Shown here: one piece after another, positions 1 through 12,402 of the stretch | Layout of the letters: every line of letters starts with the position of its first letter | Numbering within the stretch: position 1 is the stretch's first letter | Assembly: GCA_965202585.1 (NCBI GenBank) | Contig: OZ241831.1 | Span: forward strand, 10,168,001 to 10,232,000 | Source: Thalia democratica | Lineage: Eukaryota | DNA length: 64,000 bases | Reading direction: 5' to 3' | Notes under the pieces: generated by a model | Told to the model about the DNA's origin: nothing | The model's database searches: none | What the model saw: only the letters and a program-made list of their open reading frames with translations | Program-made: the position numbers and the translations under genes

Positions 1-96
1 TTAAACTAATAATAGACATAAAAATGTCTACTTTTAAAAACCTGGAGGAAATTTGGAAAACTTGGAAATTTTTTGAAAAAACGAGTGGCAACCCTG
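1..96. mobile_element. Right end of a CAGGG-terminal MITE (hAT-like), truncated by the window edge
   Basis: Ends in GAGTGGCAACCCTG (83-96), and its internal AAAACCTGGA motifs match the complete copies at 461-884, 12014-12402 and 50465-50808. Confidence 0.85.
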
Positions 97-187
97 AACA
101 TATCAGAAGTTAAAATTAATCTTCGAAATCTGAACATATCAGAAGTTAATAATAAACGTTAATAATCTGTTTACAAATTTTTTGTAG

Positions 188-386
188 ATGTTCTTTTAGT
201 TCAAATTATCAATGACTTTCTATCGTTCAACAGGCTCAATTTTAACAATCCCGAGGAGAAGAGAAGGCTGTTGAAGACCAAAGGGATACTTCCGAACAAC
301 TTTCTCGACCACATGAACGATGAAGAGCTGAAGGCGGTGTACGCGGTCGCGATTCAAAAGAAAATACTGCAGGAAAAAATTACCAG
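188..386 (+). CDS. Internal coding exon of gene 1 (unknown protein, helical region)
   Basis: Acceptor TTTGTAG at 181-187. GC-richer open frame (D)VLLVQIINDFLSFNRLNFNNPEEKRRLLKTKGILPNNFLDHMNDEELKAVYAVAIQKKILQEKIT. The phase-2 donor AG|GTTCGC at 386/387 fits the exon at 3278. Alternatively it is a terminal exon ending at TAG 397-399. Confidence 0.6.
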
Positions 387-460
387 GTTCGCACAATAGT
401 GCTTTTTTTTTTTTGGTAAATGTAGGACTGTATCTTTTGTGAAACTCTGCACTCGCATGC

Positions 461-884
461 CAGGGTTGCCACTTTACCTGGAAAAACCTTGAAAAACCTT
501 GAATTCGACAATTTAGGCAAAAATAACCTGGAATTTGATAAATTTTGAAAGAAACCTGGAAAAACCTGGAATTTTGATCAAAAAACTGAAAAAACCTGGA
601 ATTTAAAATAATTTTAACATTTTCAGTAGTAAAATTTCGGTTTGACACAAAAAATCTATCATATAAATAAGATTTTTTTGTCATCATCAAAAAATTTTTT
701 TATTAAAAAACACATTTAAAGTAACTTTACAGTATCTTTTCAATGTTTTTATACTATTTAACACAGTTTCTTACTATAATCTGAACTTTAAACTAAAAAT
801 AGACCCAAAAATGTATACTTTTAAAAACCTGGAAGAAATTTGGAAAACCTGGAAAAAATTTTGAAAAAGCAAGTGGCAACCCTG
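461..884. mobile_element. Complete non-autonomous MITE, hAT-like, 6-bp TSD
   Basis: TIRs CAGGGTTGCCACT...AGTGGCAACCCTG, flanked by GCATGC (455-460 and 885-890). Confidence 0.9.
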
Positions 885-1589
885 GCATGCTTTTAAATTG
901 TTCAAAGTCTGAGTTTGAACCTATAAGTATCCTTTGATTCAGCGTGAGAAGTTGGTCATTATGCTTTTATGGTTTTCAACAAAAACTTTTCTATCAAAGT
1001 TATGCTTCAAATGAAAAATATCTTTTTTAATTTTTATGGAGGCACAAATGCTTTATCGTAAAATGTAGATAGCTTTAGTAATTGTGGTATAATAGGCTTT
1101 AAATACATAGTTACATTTAAAAGTGTTCGGATTAAGCATATATATTTTATATTGACATATAACATTTATTAAAAAATGAAAATTTTGCTTTGCTTTAAGA
1201 TTGTGGTCTGAGATTCTTTTTCATAAAGAGTGTAAATTATAAACAAATCAAGACTATAGGGGGTAAATTCATAATTTTTACAAAAATATTCTCAATTTCT
1301 TTAACATGAAATAATTTCTTTAATATGAAATATTCTCAATTTCTTAGATGCACCCTGTTTCTCAAACAAGTTTTGATACAAATGTATGGAGAAAAAAAAT
1401 ATATTGTAGTTTTATCTAAAAAGTTTTTCAACTTACTAAAAGTTTATTTACTTTTTTGTTCCATATGTTAAAGATTAAAAAAAAAAACCGAAAATAGTTC
1501 TTTAATTTTACAACTTTTACGTAGTTTAAAAAAACAAAAAAGTATTTAAACATTTTATTTTTTGAAGAACCAAACTTTTTTTTGTGTTC

Positions 1590-1888
1590 TACCGGATCCA
1601 AAAGATTCTAATATAGGTCTGGGCTAGATCTTGATTTGAAAAAAAAGTATCCCTACCTGATTCAAGTTGTAACTGGATTTAGATTAGAAAAAGGGACCCA
1701 GCAAAGCTTGTTTAAATAAAAGCTTGACTAGGTCCGAAACTTTAACCTGTATTCTGGTATAATCAAACCGGATAAGATCATTCAAATCAGGAACCAGACG
1801 AAACCGAATAAAAATCTATTTTGACTTAAGATTTGGCTAGATCCAAATATTGGCAAGCTATGGCTAGATCCGGCGTTTAGATCACGTA
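1590..1888. mobile_element. Degenerate hAT-type MITE remnant
   Basis: Repeated GGATCC/CTAGATCC motifs and the end TAGATCACGTA resemble the reverse complement of the TAGTGATCTA start and CCGAATCC-type subterminal motifs at 44695-44810. Confidence 0.35.
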
Positions 1889-3277
1889 GAACACATTTTC
1901 AAAAATGTAAAAATTTTTGTATTTAATTTAAGAGTAATCTTTAAAAAACAAAATGTGAAAACTTTTAGAAAATTGGTAAAAAAAGAGCAGTAGATATGTT
2001 TTAAACAAGTTTTTTTTTTGCGTTTTTAGTTTGTACTTTCCATCTGTAACCTATTTAATTACCTAACTTTGATCGGTTCGATCTCAAAAACTACTAAACT
2101 TTTATTAAGCTTTATCATTATGTAGTAGCTGAGATAAGAATATATAATTAAGACTAATTTGTAACAATCAAGGTAGTACCCCATTAAAGCTTTAAATTTC
2201 TTATTATTTAATACAAGGCAATAACTTATTAGCAAATAATTAAAGTGTCTTATATAATAATTTTCAAATAACTTTTGTTACTTTATTAGATGTATTATAA
2301 TTTGAGATACAGTAAGTATTATTATAAATGATATTTGATGCATCAAAGTAAGTCAATGAATTAAGTTGCTTATGTGTAAGATTTACCAATAAATATGTTT
2401 AAATTCTTTTAGGGTTGGGTTTTCAATTTTTTGTTTATTATTTATACTTGTTATTCTTTTTTACTGTTATTAATTTACCTTTTAATTTATAACACTTAAA
2501 AGTTTGTATACAGTTTAAAATAAATTGATACTTGTAAGAAAAAAAAGTTTAAGGGTGTAGTGTATCTAAAAAAATACCAAAATTAAAAATAAGTTTGCCG
2601 TTTAACTTCATGGTTTACTAATACTTTTTAGTGAATATAAAATTACAAGTATTTTTTAAATGGTTTAAGTATAAGTTTGTATTTTACTTGTCATTGTAAC
2701 TTGTTATTTTAATGTTTAAACAAATAGAAAACTTTTTTTTGCTCTTATTAAACATTGTTTTACCTAAGTTTTTAGTATTTGAAATTTAAACAGTAAATGC
2801 ATACAGAAGTAATTGTCATTTGATGAACATTTGAATATTGTGATATTCTTCAAAGACATTTCACTGGCTTCTAAGTTAATAAAATAAATATTTTAAAATA
2901 AATATCTGTACTTTTTTAGTTTAAGAACTAGTAAAGGTGTTATAGAATTAAGCATGAAACTAGAATTAAAAAAAAAAGTATCTTTTTATTTTATATACAT
3001 TTATTTTTATCAAAACACTCCTCAACTTTTTTAAAATTTTATAGATAATAATATATAAAGCAAACTTAAATGGATATAAAAATTAAAATCATACACATAT
3101 GCTTAATTTTTTTTTTGCTGATATCCTAGGCTGTATTCTTTTTTCTTTTTTGAAAATATGAAATATAAAAATAATTTTTTTCATAAAATCTTATCAAAAT
3201 AGTGTTTACAACGTTGTTATTTTAAATTGCTGTATATAATATTTAATAGTTAAGCACTGAGTTAATATTTTATGCAG

Positions 3278-3347
3278 TTTGTTTCATGCATCGCCGACTG
3301 CTTTGATCAAAAAGGAACTGAAAATTCACAACTTCGTACTTGGTAAA
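3278..3347 (+). CDS. Coding exon of gene 1
   Basis: TATGCAG acceptor and GTGAGT donor. Encodes LFHASPTALIKKELKIHNFVLGK and ends in phase 0, matching the next exon. Confidence 0.65.
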
Positions 3348-5974
3348 GTGAGTTTCATTTTACTTTATAGTAAATTAAAAAAAGTTTAGATCGGTTTTTC
3401 TCGAGTTAAAATAATCGTACAAGTTAATGAAGAGAAGTTTATGTTCACAGTAGGGGTTTTGTTGTGTACTTTTTCACTACTGAAACTCATCTTGTTGCTG
3501 TTTATTTTACATTGTTAGTAAATATAAAGAAAAACAATAATTAATTTAAAAGAAAACTAAGAAATATACGTTTTTAGAAATATTTTTGTTTGCTCAATAA
3601 AAAGTTTATGTACAGCAAAATAATTTATATGCACTGTGCATTTTGTTATTTTCTGTTGTTAGTAACAGTCTTCTCAGGTTAAGTTAAGGTGTTTTTAACT
3701 TTATGGAAATATCTCATTAAAAGCTTACTGTCAGTGTTAGTTTTATGAGTTTTAATCTATAAATATGAATTAGTATTTCAATTAGAAGTTTGAAGAATAT
3801 TTTTTTTAAAATTAGATTAAAAGTACTCAAGTATATTTTTTTTACATACTTTTTTATCTAATTAAAGGGTAATACAATTCGAACAGTACAAAGAAAACTT
3901 GTGTACTTCAAAAACTTTGTTGGCTAATCGTATAAGTTGTACGTTTGAACACATTGAAACTAATCACAAAATACAAGTTAACTGACTTTAATAATGCGAT
4001 TGTATAATAAAAATATTTCGTTTAAACGATTACAGTTTGTGTAAATGGGTACAAGCATATTTGATTAAAGTTGTTCAAAAACTGCCTCATAGCTTTAAAC
4101 TTTGAGTTTCATCTGCACGAGTAAGACTGTTTGTTAGAATTTCTGTCTACTTTATTCGTTTTCTTCTTATCACATATATGTTTTGATGTATTGTTATTTG
4201 AATCTTGTTTTTGATGTCTAGAGGTTGGTCGAATGTAGCTACTTTCATACATATGCGATAAATAATTTTTTTTCTTTGTAACATCATTAGGTTTCCCTGC
4301 GACTTTAGGATTAGTTTATATTTTAATAATATGTTAGGGTTGATTGTAAAATTGTTTCTTGTGATCTGTTTTACATTTCTCACAAGTAGTTTAGAATTAA
4401 TTTCTATGTATAGTTAATTTAGTGATACTGGATATTTTTCTAAATTAAAATTTTTGACTTCATTTGATTGATTAAATTTTTACCTCATTACTCTAATTAT
4501 CTCGATACCCATTTATTTTTAGAAATACTTTTATATAATTCATTTCATTGCTTTGATAAAATCTTTTACTAGGCAAAAAAATTAAGTTTTAAGTTTTCAT
4601 CTAACATTTTTACTAAATGATAGTTTTAATTTAAAACAACTATTTAGAACTTTAGTCTGCTTTGGTTATTATATTATTTTTATTTGATTAAATATTACGA
4701 AGAGATTTTCTAAGTTCCTTTGTATTAATCATACTATTAAAATTCATACATGAGTTATGTGTCTGAGAAACTAGATTTGTTTTAAAAGATGATTCTGTTT
4801 CTTCTTTAAAAACAAAATCTGTGTTTCATAACTTGTTTGAAAAATTTTTTGAAGCACAAATAAGTTTTATTTTAAATAATTTTCTTTGGAAGCCAAAACC
4901 TTATGCGTAGAGTTCTTTTTCTTTAATTTGTGAGTATAAAGATTTGTTACGTTCTTAGCGGTTTAAAACAAAGCTTTAAGTTAGCTATTACTTTCGTATT
5001 AGATGTTTATTTAGGTCTGTGCTTGGTATTACTATTATGTTTCTGCTGAACTTGTTTTGTATAACAAATAGACGAACTGAAAAGCTTTTTATTTATCTTA
5101 TGTTTTACCTACATTAAGTCAAAATAAAGTAGAACTTTCAATCTTTAGCAGTCTTTAGAGTTATTTTAATTTTAGTTTATAAATATCTTCTCAGTTTTGT
5201 GATTATATTTAATTTCTTAATCATAAATTCAGTCAATGAACCATTTTAGAAAAAAGCATTTCAGATAAACACTCTTCGAGAAATTCAATTAATAATAGTT
5301 TCTTGCAATTTTTACATTAAGTAGATATAAACTTTTTACATAGCTTTACTTTTGACTAATGATAGTAATTCTTTAGTAGTTTAAACATCAAGTCGTTTTG
5401 TTTTATACTAAAAACATTAAAAAAAATAAAGTAAGGTTTTTCCTAAACATTTGTTAAAATATATATAGAAAAATAAAATTGAAATAGCACAAAATAAAAC
5501 AAAACTTTTATATCAAAAACTATGTAAACTAATCATTTAAGTTATACATAAAAATTACGTTATAACGAGTCATCAAATTAAACCAACACAAAATAGCTTT
5601 AAGTGAGTAATGAAAATGAAAAATCAATTGCTAGTTTCATATTGTTATTCAAATTTGTTTTACCTTAAATATGTTATTTAAGTTAGTTGCAACTTAGTTT
5701 TGTTCATCAACATTTTAAAACACATTTCACAACTCTACAGCTCTTACAGTAAAGTAAAGAGCTAGGATAAAGTGGAAAAATTTCATATTTTACCTTTCTA
5801 AGACATATTTTCTCAAAGTTTGCATTGTGAATATGGCTTGTTATACTATTTTTACAAAAAAAAATTGATTAACACTATAAGTATTTAAAAGTTATATGAA
5901 CCAACTTGTTAAGTTTTTGTTAGAATTTTTCAGTTTATCTTTATATAAACCCTATTACTATGTATTTTTTCCAG

Positions 5975-6018
5975 GTTGACCAAATTCTCGAGTTCGAACT
6001 GCTACCCTTCAAAAAGAG
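5975..6018 (+). CDS. Coding exon of gene 1
   Basis: TTTTTCCAG acceptor and AG|GTACCT donor. Encodes VDQILEFELLPFKK; phase 0 in, phase 2 out. Confidence 0.65.
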
Positions 6019-6313
6019 GTACCTTTTTCTAATAATAAAATAAATTTTATTGTTTGTAAGTTAAACTTTACTAAATCCAGAATACTGTATTCTATTTATA
6101 AGTTAGTGTTGTTTGTCAAGCTTTTTTAATTATAGTTTTGTCATTAACAGATGCGTTAAAAATAATTTCGTTCTTAATATACTTTTGCTTATTTTTCTTT
6201 TTTATCTTCAAAAATCATTCAAATAATACTAAGAGTAGTTAATCTTTATTCTAATTTCCTAAGTTTATTTTTTTGTCTTTTAAGCATGTTTGAATAATTT
6301 TTATAATTTATAG

Positions 6314-6341
6314 AACTGGAATAGAGGAACGCAAAAACCTG
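6314..6341 (+). CDS. 28-nt coding mini-exon of gene 1
   Basis: TTTATAG acceptor and GTGAGC donor. Encodes (R)TGIEERKNL; phase 2 in, phase 0 out. Confidence 0.6.
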
Positions 6342-7650
6342 GTGAGCTTTAATTAAATTATTTTAAAAACCTGCAGTTAACGAAAAAAACTATAATTTTT
6401 TTCATTCAATTGGTGGTTTTCAAATATTAATTCAATAACTTTTCACTATAAGAATACTAGTGTTTTTTTTTTTCTTAAACATTTATTATCTTATTTATTG
6501 ACTAGTCATAGCATATGGAACTTAAGGCCGTGCTACTAGTGGGAATCCTACTGATTGAGTTTTTGTAGATTTTTACATAACTGTACTTTTCGGCAAGGTA
6601 AAAACAGATTAAGTTTTTGACGTATGAAGGATATAAATTGTTGAGTTTAAAAGATTCAGAGTGGAAGGTGAAAAAATAAAGGGGAGATAAAAATATTTAA
6701 CTAAAAGTCTATCATCTTATTAATTTTTCAATCTATCATTAACTTTTAAAAAGTTATTCTTAATCTGGTTATAGTTTATTTTTTGAAAAAAAAAACTAAA
6801 TTCTGTCTGATGAATGTTAGTATTTTCTTTTAGTTTTTCTAAAATCCATCATGTAAAAGTTTAAAAATAGTTTAAGAAATTTACTTTCAAATGAGGTGTC
6901 TCCAGCTAGAAAAACAAAAAGTGCATATACTTTTAGTACAGTTGTCGTTTTTTATAAAACTCTTCACATAACTTGGGTAACCGTATTTCAAAAATTGAGT
7001 TAATTTTAGAAATTGTTTCTAGTTTTAAGTTTTACGTAAAAGCCAAAGTTTATTTTTAAAAAGAAAGAGACTTCCTCCCATAGCCTTAAGTTGTATAAAA
7101 ATAAAACATTTTTTAAAACTATAAAGTAAATTTCTACGGTAAATTTTTTGGAAAATTTCTTATATAAGGTAATAATACTATCTAAACTAAATTATCGTAC
7201 CATTTTCATAAGCCATTGTAATTTTGGTTTGAAATGTTGCGCAAAGCGAAATTTCTTTTAAGTAAATTAGAGATTAAAGTTTCAGTAAATTACCTACCAA
7301 AAGTAATTAGTAGATTTAAGAATATAAAGTTTTACATAAAAAAGTGCAGGCTTAAAAAAGTTTAATTTTACACACAAGGAGTTTCAACAAAAAACTTTTC
7401 CATATGTTATGTTTCTATTTTACTAAGATAAACAAAGCAAAGTTCAAAAGAAAACTTCACAATTCCAAGCTTACAACTCCAAGCTATAGAATGTAATCAA
7501 CAAAAAATTAATTTGTTAAGATAAAAGGCAAAATAAATAACTATGTAAACTTACGTGAAACAAACGTATTAATTAAACATATTTTACATAACTCTCAACA
7601 TAATTGAATTTGATATCTGTTCCATAAGTCTTACTGTTTTTTTAAAATAG

Positions 7651-10086
7651 AAAAACGAACAACAAAACGAAGTCGATGACAACAAAGCGCTTGAAGGCAT
7701 CGGCATCTTAGCCAAAATGGCCCTAAAGTACAACGGGCCCCAAAACTCCCCGTCGAAATCAATCGCCGTTCCAAGCGTTGCCCCGAACTTCGCTCGCAGA
7801 CTGAAACTGGCCCATTCCCCCAAACGAGTCCCAGGCCTCAAACGCACGGGAAATATTACCGACTTTATGCAAGCGCTCGCTCAAGAGTCTCTGCCAATTG
7901 GCCCAGACCTCGGAGGCGCAGGAAAGCCCACGTACGCCGTCCAAGAGGCTTCGCCGGACGTTATAAGCATTTCTCCCCAATCGTCCGAAACGAGCCCCTT
8001 GAGCTCCATCAAAACCGAAAGTTTGCAAGCCAAAATGGACCGCAGCTTCAACGCCGATTGGGACAGAGCGGAGCCGCCCCGCAAAAAATCCCGCCGTTCG
8101 AAAAGCAGCGACGAGGGCAGCCCGAGCTCGGTGAAAGTCGAGGCGGCCGACAGTCCCGGAATAACAGAAGATTCTGAAATGATGCTGCAAAGCACCCCGT
8201 TGAAGCAGCCGTCGTTCAAGAGCTCTCCCGCCGAGGAACTGGATTCCCGCCAACCGAGTTTTAAACGTTCCAGGAGACCAAAGGGCTCCACCAGGCAGCC
8301 TCCCGATTTCTACAAGCCCGACCTCAAGGTGGAGGTCAAGAGAAGAAAAAGCGATTATGGAAGGGCCTTTGGAGAGCGAGAGTCCCCCGAAGTGTTGGAC
8401 AACGTCAAGCTGAAGGTGACCATAAACGGCCGGATAAACACGACTCCCGTGAGGAACAGAACCCCGGATAGGGGAAGAAGCGCCCGTTTCGGCTCGCCCG
8501 GAGACAAGGAGAAGTTCATTGAGAAAATCAAGAACCTGAAGAGGATCGCCACGAACAGGGAGGCGGACCGGCGTCGCGATGATGACTGCGAAAGGGTCAA
8601 GCGCAGCAGGAGGAACCTTTCCGTCTCGACGGCTTCGAGCGTTTCGGAAGATCATCAGAACGAGAGCTTCTGGGACAAGGTGTCCAAGTGGAAGTTCGAC
8701 AAGGACGATCAGCTGGAAAGGGAAAGCAGGAAAGTTGCCAGCAGCAAGTTCTCCAAACGGAGGAAACGCTCCGTTAACAAAAGCAATGACGATGTGAAAT
8801 TTCGCGTCAACTTCCCTGGAGCAGGACTCAAAACTAACAGGGGTGAATCAAACGGCGACAACCAAACCCCGGTGAAGGAAAACTATCTTTCGAATAACAA
8901 GAAATCTCTGCTGAACACTCCTGAAATAAGGGCAGAGCTGAGAAAGAGAATAAAAAAAGTACTGCTGCCCACCCCCAAAGTCAAATGCGCTCCTTCCTTT
9001 GACTCGAACGTCAGCCAAGATAACCGAGCTGTCAAGCCGAAGAAAACTTTACTTCCCAACTCTGAAATCAAGTGCGTTTCCTCGTTAGACTCGGGCAGTC
9101 GCCGTGAAGCAAATCACAACCAATATCACCAAAACATGAGTAAATCATTTGACGCGGGAACACAAAACTTTGGCGCTGCTTCTAACGACAAAGGCTACCA
9201 AGACAACTGCTACAAAAGCAAAGTTTTCAACATTAAAGATTTCGATTTCAATGCAGACAAGCCTCCCGTTTTCACTGTCACAAATAACTATCAAAAGTCT
9301 AAAAGTACTGGAGACCTAAATCATCTTAGTTATAGCACTCCAAATACTTGCAGAAGCAAAATTTTCAACATTGAAGACTTTGATTTAAGCGACGACAATA
9401 TTTCAACGCCTTATGTAGAGTTCTCTGCGGAAAAATACCATAATGGACTTAACAGTAACGAAGCCCTAACTAGCCCTTATCAGAGCAAAATTTTTAAAGA
9501 AGATGATTTTGATTTGAGCGGGGATCCTTTTGTTATAACTCCTTATAAAAGTAAAGTATTCTCTGACGACCAAAATAATAGTAGTTTTTGTGAAAGCAAC
9601 CACAGTAACTACAGCAACTACAAAAAACCTTTGCTTGATATCCCAATAAAAAGACCTTTGCTCGATAACCCATTAACGAGTCCTTTGCTTGATAACCCAT
9701 TAAGAACTCCTTTGCTCGATAACCCATTAAGAACTCCTTTGCTCGATAACCCATTAAGAAGTCCGTCGTTTAGTAACCAACAAAAAGCCCCTATGTCAAG
9801 CAACGAAGAAAGTGGTCCATTTATGAATTCAAGAAAACCGTTGCTTGGAGACAAACCAAGCGACTTTGGGTGGCGTGGTAATCTCGGGTCACCACCCCTA
9901 GAAATGAGAATGAACACCCATCCAGTCGAGCCCGACCATCACACAAACGCAGGTGCGACCGGTAGCTATGTCAACAGTGGGGACAGCAGGGTTGTTGTTA
10001 GGAACCCCCGCCCCAAGCAGGAACCCGGAAGGTTGCCGGGCAGGATGAACGTGCCGCCGGAGAAGCTGGGACAACAGCGCCACTAG
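7651..10086 (+). CDS. Large terminal coding exon of gene 1: Ser/Lys/Arg-rich disordered, probably nuclear protein
   Basis: Acceptor AAAATAG ends at 7650. The 22 codons KNEQQNEVDDNKALEGIGILAK run in frame into the 789-aa ORF 7717-10086. Contains basic NLS-like runs (PRKKSRR, KRRKR) and many SP sites. I recognise no family. Confidence 0.85.
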   Translation, partial: KNEQQNEVDDNKALEGIGILAKMALKYNGPQNSPSKSIAVPSVAPNFARRLKLAHSPKRVPGLKRTGNITDFMQALAQESLPIGPDLGGAGKPTYAVQEASPDVISISPQSSETSPLSSIKTESLQAKMDRSFNADWDRAEPPRKKSRRSKSSDEGSPSSVKVEAADSPGITEDSEMMLQSTPLKQPSFKSSPAEELDSRQPSFKRSRRPKGSTRQPPDFYKPDLKVEVKRRKSDYGRAFGERESPEVLDNVKLKVTINGRINTTPVRNRTPDRGRSARFGSPGDKEKFIEKIKNLKRIATNREADRRRDDDCERVKRSRRNLSVSTASSVSEDHQNESFWDKVSKWKFDKDDQLERESRKVASSKFSKRRKRSVNKSNDDVKFRVNFPGAGLKTNRGESNGDNQTPVKENYLSNNKKSLLNTPEIRAELRKRIKKVLLPTPKVKCAPSFDSNVSQDNRAVKPKKTLLPNSEIKCVSSLDSGSRREANHNQYHQNMSKSFDAGTQNFGAASNDKGYQDNCYKSKVFNIKDFDFNADKPPVFTVTNNYQKSKSTGDLNHLSYSTPNTCRSKIFNIEDFDLSDDNISTPYVEFSAEKYHNGLNSNEALTSPYQSKIFKEDDFDLSGDPFVITPYKSKVFSDDQNNSSFCESNHSNYSNYKKPLLDIPIKRPLLDNPLTSPLLDNPLRTPLLDNPLRTPLLDNPLRSPSFSNQQKAPMSSNEESGPFMNSRKPLLGDKPSDFGWRGNLGSPPLEMRMNTHPVEPDHHTNAGATGSYVNSGDSRVVVRNPRPKQEPGRLPGRMNVPPEKLGQQRH
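9628..9762 (+). repeat. Coding 27-bp tandem repeat, 5 units (PLLDNPLRT-like)
   Basis: CCTTTGCTYGATAACCCATTAAGAACT-type unit repeated five times in frame. Confidence 0.95.
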
Positions 10087-12013
10087 CGGTTGAAGTTCGA
10101 TGGACATGTGATTAGGTAATTTTATTAAATTGTTTATAAAAAAATGTTAAAATATTGACTCGAATAAGTTTTTGCCGAAATTTAATTTTATCTCAATGTT
10201 ACAAACATGATGTTGTATAATGGAAGTTTTTTTAATTTAAGCTGCTTAGGAAAATTAAGAAGCTAAATTCTGTTTGTGATAGCCATTTAGTGAAGTTATG
10301 AAACTACATAAAATTATTTATTATAAACTTAACATAAAAATAAAAAATTAACTGACTGTATAGTTAATTCTAAATAAAAATTTTACTCTTAGATATCTAC
10401 AACAAATTAATTATTAAAAAGGACCTAATAAATTTAAACTTTCAAAAAAGTAATAATATAAAATATATTATTTAAAACCAATTTCGTAGAAGAAGAATTG
10501 TACAGATTGTATACTTGAAAATTTGTACAAAGTTCTTTTAGGTTAATATAATAGAATTTTGCTTTTTTAGATAGATAGTATGGAATTTGGTGTTTGTTAC
10601 ATTAATTTTTTTTTTCAAAAGTACTATGAATGTTTAAAGTATTAAAATTTGAATAAAATTAGCTTTCATGAAATATTGGAACAAATACTAGTCATAGAAA
10701 TATTTAATTGATGGAAAAAAAGAAGTAGTACTTAAATTAAATTGATAAATTAGTAAGTAATATACATGTTGTTTTGTCAATTGTTCTCTTTGTTTGCCTC
10801 TTTAAAAATTTATAATTGATGTTTGTTTAATTAAAAGCAACTTTCTGCTAAACTTATATTTGTTTAATACCAGTTTCAATAAAATAAAAATAAAACTCAA
10901 AAGTTATTGTATACAGTTTTATTTAAAGTGTTGGAATTGTTTGTGCTTTGTATGCTTATAAAATTTTTTACATCAGGGTTACCACTACATCTTGTCAATA
11001 ATATCTAGCTTTTAACTTTACCTAAGTTACTTCAGGCTAGTTTAAACTTATACAAATTTTGGATTAGTTCAATTTTTTTCTTCTAATTCACATAAATGAG
11101 TTTTTTATTTGCAGTATTTTTTTCAGCCAAGTACATTAAAGTTATTTTTTTATAGCTTTTACTACGTATTTGCCACAAAATATATGTAATTGAAAAAAAT
11201 CTGAGGTTTTCAATCAAGTTAGTTAGATAATAATTTAAAGATAATTTAAAAATTGAAAAATAAGTCTAGCAGAAAAATAAATTGTAAAAAATCTCAAATA
11301 GACTATTCCTAAAGCATTTAAAATGTAATTCTTTAGTGACTAAAAAATCATTACTTACAAAACAAATACAGAGTAGTTTTAGAAACATTTTAGTTTTTTA
11401 CTGGTTATGGTTAAAGATGTTTTTTTAATGTATAACTTTAGAACGTGAAACAGACAGTCCTGTAAATGATAGCTGCAAAAAATGGTTTTCAATGCATGTT
11501 TTATATTTAAAAATTTTGGAAAGTTAGTCCATAAATTAAGGCAGAATCAGGTTAGTTTTTGTACTTCTGATGTACTTTTTTCCTTAAAAGAGTGGTAACT
11601 CTGATTTAAAATTAATTTTAAGTTAAAAAAAAAAATTGTATGTTTCTTTAACTGAAACAACTGTAAATAAACTATTTATAATAGCTTTAAAAGAAAATAA
11701 TTAAAAAGCACTTTATTCATCATTTCTTCTATAAATAAAGTAATTTTTCAGAAAAAGATTGTTGAATGTGCACAAGTCTAAAAATTACAGTTAGTTGTTT
11801 GTGAAGTTAGAAAAATCTTTGTAGTTCATTTTACACATATTTTAATGTTAGTTTCAGTTCTAAATAAAATTTAGACATTGTATTAGTTTTGCTTCTTGAT
11901 ACAAGTTTTAAATTCTTTGTTATTGTGTTTTAAAAATTATATGTAAAAATATTTAATTTTTAAACAAAACCTAGTTTGTTTAGTTAGTTAATTAAACAAA
12001 TCATTATTTTATT

Positions 12014-12402
12014 CAGGGTTGCCACTTTACCTGGAAAAACCTGGAATTTACCTATTTAGGCAAAAAAAAAAAAAACTGGAAATTGAGAAATTTTGAGAAA
12101 AACCTGGAATTTTGAACAAAAATCACTAAAAAAAACTGAAAAAACCTGGAATTTTAACAATTTGCACATGTTCAGTAGTAAAATTTCGATTTGACTAAAA
12201 AAATTGTCATCATCAAAAATTATTTTCATTAAGTAAAATATTTAAAGTATCTTTACAGTATCCTTTCAATGTTGTTATACTATATTACACAGTTTCTTAC
12301 CTTAAACTTAACTTTAAACTAAAAATAGAGCCAAAAATTTGTACTTTTAAAAACCTGGAAAAAAACCTAGAAAATTTTTTGAAAAAACGCTTTGCAACCC
12401 TG
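12014..12402. mobile_element. Complete CAGGG MITE, 6-bp TSD
   Basis: CAGGGTTGCCACT...TTGCAACCCTG, flanked by TTTATT on both sides. Confidence 0.9.

Noticed and set aside
94-149. 20-bp direct repeat CTGAACATATCAGAAGTTAA
   Set aside because: Only two copies next to a MITE end; most likely a local repair duplication. The small duplication at 15443-15490 is similar.
220-690. 156-aa minus-strand ORF
   Set aside because: Runs through a MITE and the antisense of the real + strand exon.
7759-8655. 298-aa antisense ORF and other nested ORFs over the large exon
   Set aside because: Expected shadows of GC-rich coding sequence; no domain, splice context or motif support.
10974-11603. CAGGGTTACCACT...AGTGGTAACTCTG as another MITE
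   Set aside because: TIR-like ends are present, but the flanks (TTACAT/ATTTAA) give no TSD and the interior does not match the family.
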